A stretch of 62,537 bases of DNA, filler included. It is 5 parts of 5 records of this genome, joined end to end, with 100 filler letters (N's around TTAATTAATTAA, not from the genome) between each part and the next. Parts side by side here need not be neighbours in the genome. Positions count along the whole stretch, not along the records: positions 1 to 20,830 come from SRR20825006_1982; 4 more parts are not named here. The stretch is one strand, 5' to 3'. This document shows, piece by piece, positions 10,387 through 19,489 of this stretch. Position numbers and translations under genes: made by a program. The notes beneath the pieces were generated by a model. It saw nothing but the letters and a program-made list of their open reading frames with translations, did no database searches and was not told where the DNA came from. Position 1 is the stretch's first letter. Each line of letters begins with the position of its first letter.

Positions 10387-10760
10387 TCAGCCCATAATGG
10401 CGTTCGGGCTGAGCGTGTCGGTGAGGAACTAGAGGTTTTCCCTAAGGGGCTCTCGGGTGATTGTGCCGCCAAGGCAGGTACAAAGTTTCTCTTCGGGCGG
10501 AGGGTGCCGGTAAAGGCGTCTGAGGCATGAGGCCAAGCTTACGACCTGCCATATGCGCGACGATGTCCGCGCGGCTCATGCCATCCGGCAAGGTGAGCCA
10601 GATGTTAAAGGCATAGGGCTGCTTGTATCGCTCAACCCGTCGAGCGCGTCGGCAACGATTTCCTGTCGGACGCCGATCCTTTTGTGGATGAAGCGGCGCA
10701 TGTAGTCGGCGGTGCCATCCTCGATCGGCTGTATGGCCGACACAGCTTGCAACATCAAAA
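10387..10760 (-). pseudogene. 3' fragment of a PLP-dependent aminotransferase-like (MocR/GntR) gene
   Basis: Homologous-looking pieces in different frames: IEDGTADYMRRFIHKRIGVRQEIVADAL / PYAFNIWLTLPDGMSRADIV; internal TAG before FLTDTLSPNAIMG*. Confidence 0.6.
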
Positions 10761-11028
10761 ACAGGCATCACAATCAATCACACAAACGAGCCAAGGCCTC
10801 AAATTCTCAAACCGTCCTGAAGCCCCATATTTTGACGACGGACAATATATACATAATATACAAATATATGTGTGGGTTTGGGAGCTATTGCTCGAACGCC
10901 AACGGACACCTGCTGGACCAGTCGAGGATAGACACGAGCGGCATGAGATTTACTTGGATACAGTCATGGAACAGCGGCCGAACCGCCCTAAACCCGGGCC
11001 CATTTCAAGTTCACAAGGAGAAACGTCT

Positions 11029-11262
11029 ATGAAACTTGTTCCATTGGCACTCTTTGTCATTGGAGTTCTGCTCAATTACTGGGTGCAAAAAAACGATGCC
11101 GGCCAATTTCTGATGATTTCAACTGGCATTGCTGCCGTCTTGGGGTTGGGATGGTCGTTTGTGCAGTATGTTTTGACACCCATTAATAGAACAAGGAACC
11201 GAATATTCGGGAACAGTTCGATAAAGCTTTATAGTGATCTATACAAAGGGGACGATGAATAG
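11029..11262 (+). CDS. Small membrane protein (77 aa, two hydrophobic segments)
   Basis: AAGGAG RBS before ATG; stop directly abuts the next ATG. Confidence 0.65.
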   Translation: MKLVPLALFVIGVLLNYWVQKNDAGQFLMISTGIAAVLGLGWSFVQYVLTPINRTRNRIFGNSSIKLYSDLYKGDDE

Positions 11263-12345
11263 ATGGCAAGTAGTCAAGTATATGGGAAGGTCGCCGGTTT
11301 TGGAGTCGGAGTTGGATACGATGATAAATCTGGCGTGACTCTGACATTCTTCACAGGCGCGTCGATGGGGGCTGCAGGATCTGCTTCATCGACCATTAGC
11401 TTCGATCTTTTTGATGTAAACGATGAATTTGTTATTGATACTTCTGGTGCTACATACATCGGCGGTGGGACCCCCATTGGTCTGCCTCTTCAGGTGACGG
11501 GGCAGAGAAACATGCAAACCGGCGACATGATGGTGACTGTGGGTGGAGGAGACAGTGACGTCCTAGAAGTAGGGTTTTCTTACGAAGCTGCCAGTAGCGA
11601 ATTTGAAACAGATTTTTCCGTAACGAGATATGGCCGCTCGTTTGAGGGCGATGGCGTTATCATCGTTTCTGAAATTTCGGGGAATGAATCTGGGTACACG
11701 GTGGTGATCAGTTATGCGACGGACCTCGAAGGAAATCGCTTAACACCAATTGAAGGTAAGCCCTTTCTGGAGGCGGCGAGCTATCCATTGGATCCGGGAT
11801 ACAATTCGTACTATGTATTCAAAACCGATGACGCCACATCGACGCTAATTACTGACCGTTGCTTCCTCCCCGGCACCCTGATCACCATGGCGGACGGCAG
11901 CAAAAAGCCCATCGAAGATATCCTCCCCGGCGACATGGTGCTGTTCTTCGACGAGCAGGGCGAATTGGTCCCGGGCAAGGTGACCCGCACCAAGATCATC
12001 GACGCCACCATGATCCTCGACTTCCACGGCTCCAAGGTCACGCCGGGCCACGTCTATTGGTGTACCGATGGCGCGTTCGCCGGGCAATTCGGCACGCTGA
12101 TCGACATTCTGCGCAGCGACGGTGCAGACCTGTGTATCGCTGACCTGATCCGCGCAGGCGGTGGGACGGTGAACGAGGCAGGATTGATCGTCACGGAAGA
12201 CACGCCCGAAGGTATCCCCCTGCATTGGCCGTTTTCGCAGAGCCTGCCGAAGCCGGAAGACGACATCCTCGCCTGCTCGCGCCTCACCCTGCCGGAGATA
12301 TTCACTGCCGCTGAATGGGAAGACCAGCGGCCAGTGATGTATTGA
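11263..12345 (+). CDS. Hint-domain protein with an unknown N-terminal domain
   Basis: CFLPGTLITMADGSKKPIEDILPGDMV (Hint block A, from 11860) and VTPGH (block B). Confidence 0.8.
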   Translation: MASSQVYGKVAGFGVGVGYDDKSGVTLTFFTGASMGAAGSASSTISFDLFDVNDEFVIDTSGATYIGGGTPIGLPLQVTGQRNMQTGDMMVTVGGGDSDVLEVGFSYEAASSEFETDFSVTRYGRSFEGDGVIIVSEISGNESGYTVVISYATDLEGNRLTPIEGKPFLEAASYPLDPGYNSYYVFKTDDATSTLITDRCFLPGTLITMADGSKKPIEDILPGDMVLFFDEQGELVPGKVTRTKIIDATMILDFHGSKVTPGHVYWCTDGAFAGQFGTLIDILRSDGADLCIADLIRAGGGTVNEAGLIVTEDTPEGIPLHWPFSQSLPKPEDDILACSRLTLPEIFTAAEWEDQRPVMY

Positions 12346-12479
12346 CGGGGTGTGCGTTAGGATCAACGCAAAGGCAGAAAACGCTGCGATAGATGGAAGA
12401 TTTCAGGCTGGTCGATATCCGAAACCGGCATTCGAACGATCTTGGGAAAAGCATAGTCTGCAGGCGTTCGATATGGACC

Positions 12480-12733
12480 TGCCGAGCGACTCTTCGAAAC
12501 AAGGCACGTCCGCGAGCCACGTTGAGTATCACGACATCCACGCCTCCGAGGCCAAAATCGGTACGTAGCGGGTTGCACTGCCGATTTCGCTGTCCTTTGA
12601 CCTTTGCGCGGACAATCCAGCGGTGCGCGCAGGATGGATCAACCACCAGATAGGGCCCGTGGCCATCGCAGTGTCGTCCTGGTCCAAGCGTTCGGACCAG
12701 ATTCTTCGTCAGCTTTCCAGAAGTACAGGCCAT
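12480..12733 (-). pseudogene. Truncated P4-like integrase (arm-binding domain only)
   Basis: GKLTKNLVRTLGPGRHCDGHGPYLVVDPS...WIVR...DFGLGG...ARGRA; reading degrades afterwards and no catalytic domain follows; left boundary approximate. Confidence 0.75.
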
Positions 12734-12882
12734 TTAGAATACAACATTTCGTACCATCAATTGAACAGAACTGAGCGAAATCGAAACGAAGCCAATAAGA
12801 TCAACGAACGCGGATGAGCGCATAAGTTCAGTGACTTATACGCTACTAAGCGGTTCTATATGGATCAATAGAAATGGTAAAG

Positions 12883-12896
12883 TGGCGGAGAGACAG
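12883..12896. repeat. att core, duplicated 3' end of tRNA-Ser
   Basis: Identical to 20801-20814. Confidence 0.85.
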
Positions 12897-12992
12897 ACCG
12901 CTATCATATGATCCGTATGGCTCCGCATTCATCCAATTAGTGTTTTGGAAACAGTATGTTGCAAGCGTTACTTGTCCGTATGGGTATTGCTT

Positions 12993-13037
12993 AATCCGCC
13001 AGAATCCGCCAGAAAAGTATGGGTTGAAGTATGGGTT
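12993..13037 (+). promoter_or_regulatory. Putative recombination accessory sites (AATCCGCCAG x2; AAGTATGGGTT x2)
   Basis: Tandem repeats upstream of int; the second pair recurs at 20711-20733. Confidence 0.6.
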
Positions 13038-13049
13038 AGGATTTCAGGT

Positions 13050-14366
13050 ATGGCACGGGCAGAGAAACGACTTTCGGCAACCGAAGTGAAGAACAAGGCT
13101 GCGCCGGGCATGTATTGCGACGGCGGCGGGCTGTATTTGCAGATAACGCCGACGGGCACGAAATCTTGGCTCTACCGCTACGCCTTCAAGGGCAAGACCC
13201 GCGATATGGGCTTGGGCGGGTTTCCTGCCGTTTCGTTAGCCGACGCCCGCGTTGAACGTGACAAACACCGCGATGTTCTCAAAATCCAAAAGCTTGATCC
13301 TATTGACGCTCGCGACGCGACCGTGATCGAAGCCGAACGCGCCATTGAAGCGCAAAAGCTTGCCGAAGAAAGGCGTGTCACCTTTTCCGATGCTGTCGAA
13401 ATGTATATGCGAACGCCGGGCTTTGGAAAATCTAAGAACGGTCGGCTTTGGAATGCCAAGCACAAGGCGCAATGGCGCAGCACACTTGACGCGGCGGTTA
13501 AAATCATCGGCAACATGAACGCCGTCGAAATCACTAAAGACGACGTGAAGCGGGTTCTTGAACCAATTTGGAAGAAAACACCGGAAACCGCGTCGCGCCT
13601 GCGGTCGCGCGTCGAAGCCGTCTTGGACCTAGACCGCATTGCCGATCAGCGCGAAGGGCTAAACCCGGCTTCCCGTGAAGCTTTGAAAAACTGGCTTAAA
13701 CCGCGCAAGACGTCGAAGGGGGGCAAGCACCCTGCGCTTGATTTGAAAGACATGCCCACATGGTTCGCCGAACTCCGAAAGCGTGAAGGTATGTCGGCGC
13801 GGGCACTGGAATTTGCTGTTCTTTGTGCCGCAAGGTCGGGCGAAGTCATCGGGGCACGTTGGCAAGAGATTGATTTCGAAGAAAAATGCTGGAAAGTTCC
13901 GGCGGGCAGGATGAAAGGCGGCGAAGAACACGCCGTTCCTTTGTCCAAAGCTGCGATTGAACTGTTGAAGGCTTTGCCGCGAATGCCGGAAAATGACTTG
14001 ATTTTCTTCGCACCGCGCGGCGGCATGTTGTCGAACATGGCGCTGTCGATGCTTATGCGGAAAATGCACGATAAAGAAGTGAAGGCGGGCCGCAAAGGTT
14101 GGGTTGATCCTGCGATGGAAGATCGCGTTGCCGTGCCGCACGGCACTTGCCGCAGCACCTTCCGCGATTGGTGCGGTGCGAACGCTTACGACCGCGACCT
14201 TGCGGAATTGGCCCTTTCTCATGCTGTCGGCACGGCTGTAGAACGTTCCTACCGCCGTCACACCTATCTGGAACGCCGCCGCCCCATGATGGAAGCTTGG
14301 GCCGCAACTTGCCTTGGTGTGCAGCCCGACGGCGTTGTGGTGCCCCTGCGGGCGGGGGTGGCGTGA
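13050..14366 (+). CDS. Tyrosine recombinase/integrase, P4-like
   Basis: Arm domain PGMYCDGGGLYL..GTKSW; catalytic ARSGE, HGTCRSTF, LSH, RSY. Confidence 0.95.
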   Translation: MARAEKRLSATEVKNKAAPGMYCDGGGLYLQITPTGTKSWLYRYAFKGKTRDMGLGGFPAVSLADARVERDKHRDVLKIQKLDPIDARDATVIEAERAIEAQKLAEERRVTFSDAVEMYMRTPGFGKSKNGRLWNAKHKAQWRSTLDAAVKIIGNMNAVEITKDDVKRVLEPIWKKTPETASRLRSRVEAVLDLDRIADQREGLNPASREALKNWLKPRKTSKGGKHPALDLKDMPTWFAELRKREGMSARALEFAVLCAARSGEVIGARWQEIDFEEKCWKVPAGRMKGGEEHAVPLSKAAIELLKALPRMPENDLIFFAPRGGMLSNMALSMLMRKMHDKEVKAGRKGWVDPAMEDRVAVPHGTCRSTFRDWCGANAYDRDLAELALSHAVGTAVERSYRRHTYLERRRPMMEAWAATCLGVQPDGVVVPLRAGVA

Positions 14367-14770
14367 TGGCATTGCTTCCCTATGGCTTCGACGCCAACCC
14401 GATGTATGAAACCCGGCAACCCAACGACGAAGCCGAAGCTTGGGAACGGCTGGACGACGTGCAGCTATCGCTTGAAAGGGGCGAAACGATTGCACCCGAA
14501 CTTGCCGCATGGCTTGGCGAAGCTATCCACCATTCGAAGCGCGACCCCGCCGAATTGTTGCGTCGTCTTGGCGTCAAGCGCAGTCGCGGCCCTATCGCAG
14601 CCGACCCCGAAGCTTGGCTTGTTTACGGTCAAAAAGTCTGCGAACTTGAAGACGCGGGAATGAAATCAGAAGCCGCGCTTGCCACGGTATTGAGCGAAGC
14701 GGACGACAGGTTTAGCCGAAGCACCTTGCAGAAATGGCGAAAGCTATATCGAAATAGCCTACATTCGTGA
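14366..14770 (+). CDS. Hypothetical protein, possible C-terminal HTH
   Basis: TGATG overlap with the int stop; SEAALATV...SRSTLQKW. Confidence 0.65.
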   Translation: MALLPYGFDANPMYETRQPNDEAEAWERLDDVQLSLERGETIAPELAAWLGEAIHHSKRDPAELLRRLGVKRSRGPIAADPEAWLVYGQKVCELEDAGMKSEAALATVLSEADDRFSRSTLQKWRKLYRNSLHS

Positions 14771-14788
14771 TAGTGAAAGTTCGAATAA

Positions 14789-15628
14789 ATGATTGATATT
14801 ACCAAGAAGATCGAGATTATTCAGAAACTTGTTGACGAAGGAAGCGAAAATCATATTCGATATGCTGCATTAGAGTGTCGGTTGGCTATTGAAGAAATCT
14901 GCTATGAGCGTCTTCGTCTTGCCCACAAATATGTCGATACAAAAAAGGCATCTAAAAAATGGCAGCCGAAGGAACTATTGAAGTTTCTGTTTGAAGAAGT
15001 TGAGCCTTCCTTGCTTGGTGGATCAAAACTCAGCATATCGGCAGAACCGACCGATGGCTTGAAGGAGTTGAAGCGCGAAGACTATGAGGCGATGGAATGG
15101 GTTGAGTTGGGCGAACAAGCGACGCTTAATTTGCCCAAGATTTCCAAACTCTATTACAAGATTTCCAGACACTTACATGCCAAAATGCCAGTGACCGATA
15201 GTCCCACAGGCAAAGCCACCGACGGCGAAGTTCTGCGGCATGTTTTAGAAGTCGTTGACGAATTGAAGATTATTTCAAAGGGAAAAATAGAGTTCTTCCT
15301 TCCCACTAAGATCATAAGCTTCGAGTGCCTTTGTGGTGAAAAAATAGACCGAACCGAACATAGTCTAAATGCGGCAAAAGTTGTTTCGTGTATAAGTTCG
15401 AAGTGCAGAATAACTTATATGCCACAACATACTGATAGTGAATATAAACTGTTTCGACGCACCGCTAAGATTAACTGCCCGCACTCGCATTGTGGGCGCG
15501 AAATATTGCAAGAGTTTGCCGACGTGGAACGTCTTTCTATCGGTGCTGTTCATGCCACGAAATGCCCAAGCTGCGGGGGCGGCATAAAAATGTCACCGGG
15601 GTTCACAGTCTCGAAGCACAACTTTTAG
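14789..15628 (+). CDS. Hypothetical cargo protein: HEPN-like helical N-domain plus double Zn-ribbon
   Basis: AALECRLAIE and LYYKISRHLH motifs; four Cys pairs; AT-richer than its neighbours. Confidence 0.6.
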   Translation: MIDITKKIEIIQKLVDEGSENHIRYAALECRLAIEEICYERLRLAHKYVDTKKASKKWQPKELLKFLFEEVEPSLLGGSKLSISAEPTDGLKELKREDYEAMEWVELGEQATLNLPKISKLYYKISRHLHAKMPVTDSPTGKATDGEVLRHVLEVVDELKIISKGKIEFFLPTKIISFECLCGEKIDRTEHSLNAAKVVSCISSKCRITYMPQHTDSEYKLFRRTAKINCPHSHCGREILQEFADVERLSIGAVHATKCPSCGGGIKMSPGFTVSKHNF

Positions 15629-15715
15629 CGTCTGCCACTAATTCCGCGCCTTTGGTGGCATGAATGCGGGGCGGGCTAGGGCAAAGCTTCTTTCCATAAC
15701 GATCCATTGTGATCC

Positions 15716-15991
15716 ATGGAAGGAAACAGGATGAACCACCACCATTCTATCGGCAATGCCGTTACACGCCGCCCCGGTGCCAGCGCACTGTTCGATTGTG
15801 GGCATTCGAAATGGTATCAGATGGTTGCGGAAGGCTTGGTGCCGCCCCCGGTCAAGGTATCCCCGAAAATGGCCGTTTGGCCCCTTAACGAACTTCACAC
15901 CGTTCTAGGTGCGCACATCGCGGGCAAGTCGCCCGACGAAATCAAGGCGCTTGTGTCGCAGCTTGTTGAAGCGCGAAAAAGCCGTTCGTAA
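15716..15991 (+). CDS. alpA: AlpA family excisionase/regulator (start may be 15731)
   Basis: SKWYQMVAEGLVPPPVKVSPKMAVWPLNE. Confidence 0.8.
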   Translation: MEGNRMNHHHSIGNAVTRRPGASALFDCGHSKWYQMVAEGLVPPPVKVSPKMAVWPLNELHTVLGAHIAGKSPDEIKALVSQLVEARKSRS

Positions 15992-16052
15992 TTTGATAGC
16001 GGATACATTATCCGACATAAATCAATAAAAAACAGAAGCTTACACGTCAAAT

Positions 16053-17591
16053 GTGGCAAAACCCATGTTTGTCACCCATGCTTCAAAGAATTACAGGCCA
16101 AAAAACATGCCCGAATTGCGAACCCCCTTCGATGCCCGCGACCATCAACCTTGGCTTGGGGATGGCACATATCACCACGTCGAAAACGGCTATGCTTATG
16201 CGCTTGAAGAAGGCGAAGCCTTACCCGAATTTCCGCAGTTTCCAATCGGGCTTGTCGGCGAAATGATGCAATTCATCTATGACGCGGCCCCGCACCCTAT
16301 GCGCGAAACGGCAATCGTTGGCGGGCTTGGCTTTGCATGTGGGATTGCAGGAAGATGCTTCAACGTTGACGGGCAGGGCTTGAACGAATTTTTCGCCATT
16401 CTTGCGCCTTCTTCGTCGGGAAAAGACGCCGCGACAACAGGCGTTGAAAAGCTAATCGGCGCAATAGTTCCGAAGGTTAAGGAAGCGGCGGCATTCATCG
16501 GGCCGGGCGACGTTTCATCTAAGCCCGCGCTGCACCGCTATTTGTCGAAGTTGTCACCGCCCTGTTGCGTCATGTTCGTCAACGAAATCGGCGAATGGCT
16601 GGAACCAATCGTTGACCATCGCGCAAGCGAAGCACGGCAAAGCCTTCGGAAAATGCTTCTTGAACTGTCGGAAAAGGGCGGCAAAGGGCGCGTGTTGCGC
16701 AAGGCTGCATATGCTGACAGCGCGAACAACATTGAAGACGTTCAATCGCCTGCGGTGACAATCGTTGGCGACAGCAATCCGACGACATTCTTCGAAATCG
16801 TCACCGAAAAGAACACGGCAAACGGCTTCTTTGCGCGTTGGATTATCCTGCAAAATAGCGGTCGGGTTTCGCCTTACAACGAAGGACATTCCCGTGTCCA
16901 ACCATCCCCGCAATTGATTGAAGACCTGTCGGGCCTTTGCGCTCATTCGCTTAACCTCAATCATGCCAAATCGGTCACAAACGTCGAAATATCCGAAAGT
17001 GCAAACGTCGAACTAACCGACTTTCGTAACACTTGCACCGAAGGCCGCGACCTTTCCGAAGAAGACTATAAAAAAGCTATTTGGGGTCGGGGTTACGTTC
17101 ACGCCTTGCGCATTGCCGCAATCCTAGCCGTCGGTCGAAATCTCTATAAGCCCACAATTGAAATCTGCGATGCGCGTTGGGCCATTTCGCTTGTCACGGG
17201 CAGTATCGAAAAGCTGTTGAACAAGTTCGAAGACGGCGAAGTTGGCAACATTTCGCAAAGTGAAGTCGCCCGTTTGAACGAAGTTAAGCGGGCAATCGGT
17301 CGCTATCTGCGGTCGCAATGGCCCGAAATTTCTTCATATGCTGGCGACCGAAATTCAAACCTGCATAACGCGAAGATTGTGCCGTATGGCTACGTTCAAC
17401 GGTCGGTCTACAAGTTGAAGCCGTTCAAAGACGCCGCATTCGGCAAATCATCCGATGCAATCAAGCAAACAATCCGAATTTTGATCGAACGCGGCGAACT
17501 GGCCGAAATGTCACGGGCGGTTCTGTCGAAAGATTTCGGCTTTTCCGGCAATGCATACGCGGTCGCCCGCCCCGAAGTGTTCTTAGAGTAG
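16053..17591 (+). CDS. DUF3987-like P-loop ATPase (replication helicase-like)
   Basis: Walker A APSSSGKD, MFVNEIG, PAVTIVG, GFFARW; position after alpA. Confidence 0.72.
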   Translation: MAKPMFVTHASKNYRPKNMPELRTPFDARDHQPWLGDGTYHHVENGYAYALEEGEALPEFPQFPIGLVGEMMQFIYDAAPHPMRETAIVGGLGFACGIAGRCFNVDGQGLNEFFAILAPSSSGKDAATTGVEKLIGAIVPKVKEAAAFIGPGDVSSKPALHRYLSKLSPPCCVMFVNEIGEWLEPIVDHRASEARQSLRKMLLELSEKGGKGRVLRKAAYADSANNIEDVQSPAVTIVGDSNPTTFFEIVTEKNTANGFFARWIILQNSGRVSPYNEGHSRVQPSPQLIEDLSGLCAHSLNLNHAKSVTNVEISESANVELTDFRNTCTEGRDLSEEDYKKAIWGRGYVHALRIAAILAVGRNLYKPTIEICDARWAISLVTGSIEKLLNKFEDGEVGNISQSEVARLNEVKRAIGRYLRSQWPEISSYAGDRNSNLHNAKIVPYGYVQRSVYKLKPFKDAAFGKSSDAIKQTIRILIERGELAEMSRAVLSKDFGFSGNAYAVARPEVFLE

Positions 17592-17838
17592 AAAGGTAGA
17601 CCCCTGCGGTATCCTGTAAGTGATTGATTTTGCATAAAAGTATCAAAGTAGAGAAGTAGACAGGAACCCTTCCTTCCCTTCGTTAATATAATGAGCCGCC
17701 ATTTTATATTATTCGAACGGCTTCCGTTTCTTGCTTCTTATCTACTTCTTCTACTTTTCTACTTCTTATATATTACTAAGTAAAAACAAAGACTTAAAAA
17801 GTAGACCGACCGCCTTCGTCGCTTCTACCTGTCTACTT
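17587..17838. promoter_or_regulatory. Putative replication origin with AGTAGA/TCTACT iterons
   Basis: About ten (A/G)GTAGA copies in both orientations, AT-rich tracts, IHF-consensus match at 17617-17629. Confidence 0.65.
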
Positions 17839-17888
17839 CAAGTCTGCGACAACGAAACCGCCCAATGTGGGCAGAAAGGAACTTCAAA

Positions 17889-18494
17889 ATGAGAACCGAA
17901 ATCGACCGCGACCGGGAAGCTTTGTTCAACGACATGGCCCACGAATATGTGAGGAAAATTCTAAACATTGGCGAAGACAGGTTGCTTGAAGGGCAGATAA
18001 AAGACCCGATTGAGGTTGAAGAATATCTTTGCCGTTTTTATATCGAACAGGTCGGTAGTATTATTCAGGGCGCTTCATGGTTTTTGCAAAGCGATGCAAC
18101 CGTAGGTGCCGAAATCTTCCTGTTCAAGTGCATCGGTTGTTTCACTGAAAAGCCGCACCCGATACGGAAGTATCTTACACCAACAAGACTGCGGGCTTGC
18201 GGAAATCAATTGTCGTTTCATACCACGACTTACTTTCCGCGTTATCGCGCAATCTTGACGCAAAGATATATCGAAGAACTGCATCAGCCTGACAACAACG
18301 TTTTAGTCGGCGCTGGATGGAACGGCGTCCTGCATCTTGCCGCCGCAAGTCTTCCCGGCGTTCGGGAAGAAGTGAACCGCGAACTGCGCCGTCGCGGTTT
18401 GAACTATGACGCCGCCAAGGTTCCCGCCGCGCATCTTGAACGGCGAATGCGGGCGCTTGGAAGTTCCGCGCGAATGATCGGCAAAGGGAACTGA
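17889..18494 (+). CDS. Hypothetical protein
   Basis: Long ORF with AAAGGA RBS; no motif recognised. Confidence 0.6.
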   Translation: MRTEIDRDREALFNDMAHEYVRKILNIGEDRLLEGQIKDPIEVEEYLCRFYIEQVGSIIQGASWFLQSDATVGAEIFLFKCIGCFTEKPHPIRKYLTPTRLRACGNQLSFHTTTYFPRYRAILTQRYIEELHQPDNNVLVGAGWNGVLHLAAASLPGVREEVNRELRRRGLNYDAAKVPAAHLERRMRALGSSARMIGKGN

Positions 18495-18495
18495 C

Positions 18496-18717
18496 ATGAA
18501 CGACCGATTGAAAACCGCCTTCGCAAACCCGGCGCAGCTTACCGACCAAGACCTTGCCGACATGGTTGCCGCCATGAAGCGGGATGCTTCGACCGCAGCC
18601 AAGCGCCGCAACCGCCTGCAAAACGCGGGCGGGTCGGATGATAGGGGCAAGGCCCGCAATGACGCCGAACGGCAACGTCGGGCCGACCTTCGCAAGCTGA
18701 AATCGGCTTGGGGCTAG
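18496..18717 (+). CDS. Small basic helical hypothetical protein
   Basis: Starts 1 nt after the previous stop, with AAGGGA RBS. Confidence 0.55.
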   Translation: MNDRLKTAFANPAQLTDQDLADMVAAMKRDASTAAKRRNRLQNAGGSDDRGKARNDAERQRRADLRKLKSAWG

Positions 18718-18850
18718 GGGGCAGAAACTTTCTTTTGTCCGCATTTGTCTGTTGTTGTCTGCCCCCAATTTACCCCCTTGCCAGCTTGAAAACGACCGCC
18801 CTAAGTGGCCCTTAACCCCGCCTTGCATGTCGAATTTGAACGGTATTTCG

Positions 18851-19102
18851 ATGGAAAACCCTATTCCCGTATGGCCTTCGCCTGTTACCCCCATACCCCC
18901 GGAAACGAAGAAGCGTATCCAGCCGATTGCCAACGTAATTCACGTTCGGGAACATATGGTTCGTATCTTCAAAGAAGCCCGTCGGGGTGAATGCAAGGTC
19001 GAAGACGCCAGCCGCCTAATTCACATGCTTTCGCTAATTCAGCGTTCGTTCGAAAGTTCCGACTTGGAAGAACGGCTTCGTCGCTTGGAAGGTGCCGAAT
19101 GA
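18851..19102 (+). CDS. Hypothetical protein with coiled C-terminus (start uncertain)
   Basis: EARRGE...DLEERLRRLE; ATGA overlap with the next gene. Confidence 0.6.
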   Translation: MENPIPVWPSPVTPIPPETKKRIQPIANVIHVREHMVRIFKEARRGECKVEDASRLIHMLSLIQRSFESSDLEERLRRLEGAE

Positions 19103-19485
19103 GCCGCGCCCTTTTAGCCCGTGTTGCCAAGCTTGAAGCCGCGAAGCGCAGCCCTTCGAAGATTATCGGCATCCTGAATTACTGCGATAGCCAAGGCTGG
19201 CCCCAATGGGACGGCGTTCATAGGCCGGGCATTCAAGTTATCGGCGTCATTGGCGGCGTTCGCACCCCCCGCGAAGACTGGCCCGCCGTTTGCGCGTCGC
19301 AGCAAGCGGAACTGCAACAGACCCTTCGCGGATACGCCAAGCTGTTGAATGACGAACCGCAAGCCGAAGCCCCGGCCATTGTGGGCACCGATAACCTAGC
19401 GCCGTTGCCCAAAGGCAAGAAGCGCCCCCGCTATTTCGAAATTCATGGCCGTGAGGTCGATAGGTTGAACCTAAAAAGGAACTGA
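19099..19485 (+). CDS. Hypothetical protein
   Basis: MSRALLARVAKLEA start, coupled by ATGA. Confidence 0.6.
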   Translation: MSRALLARVAKLEAAKRSPSKIIGILNYCDSQGWPQWDGVHRPGIQVIGVIGGVRTPREDWPAVCASQQAELQQTLRGYAKLLNDEPQAEAPAIVGTDNLAPLPKGKKRPRYFEIHGREVDRLNLKRN

Positions 19486-19489
19486 AATC

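Noticed and set aside
11860-12345. Canonical splicing intein
   Set aside because: No C-terminal His-Asn-Cys/Ser/Thr and no conserved host gene around it
17587-17838. AGTAGA/TCTACT repeats as a CRISPR array (TCTAC/GTAGA resembles the Cas12a repeat stem)
   Set aside because: No constant-length repeat-spacer periodicity, mixed orientation and no cas genes; an origin fits better
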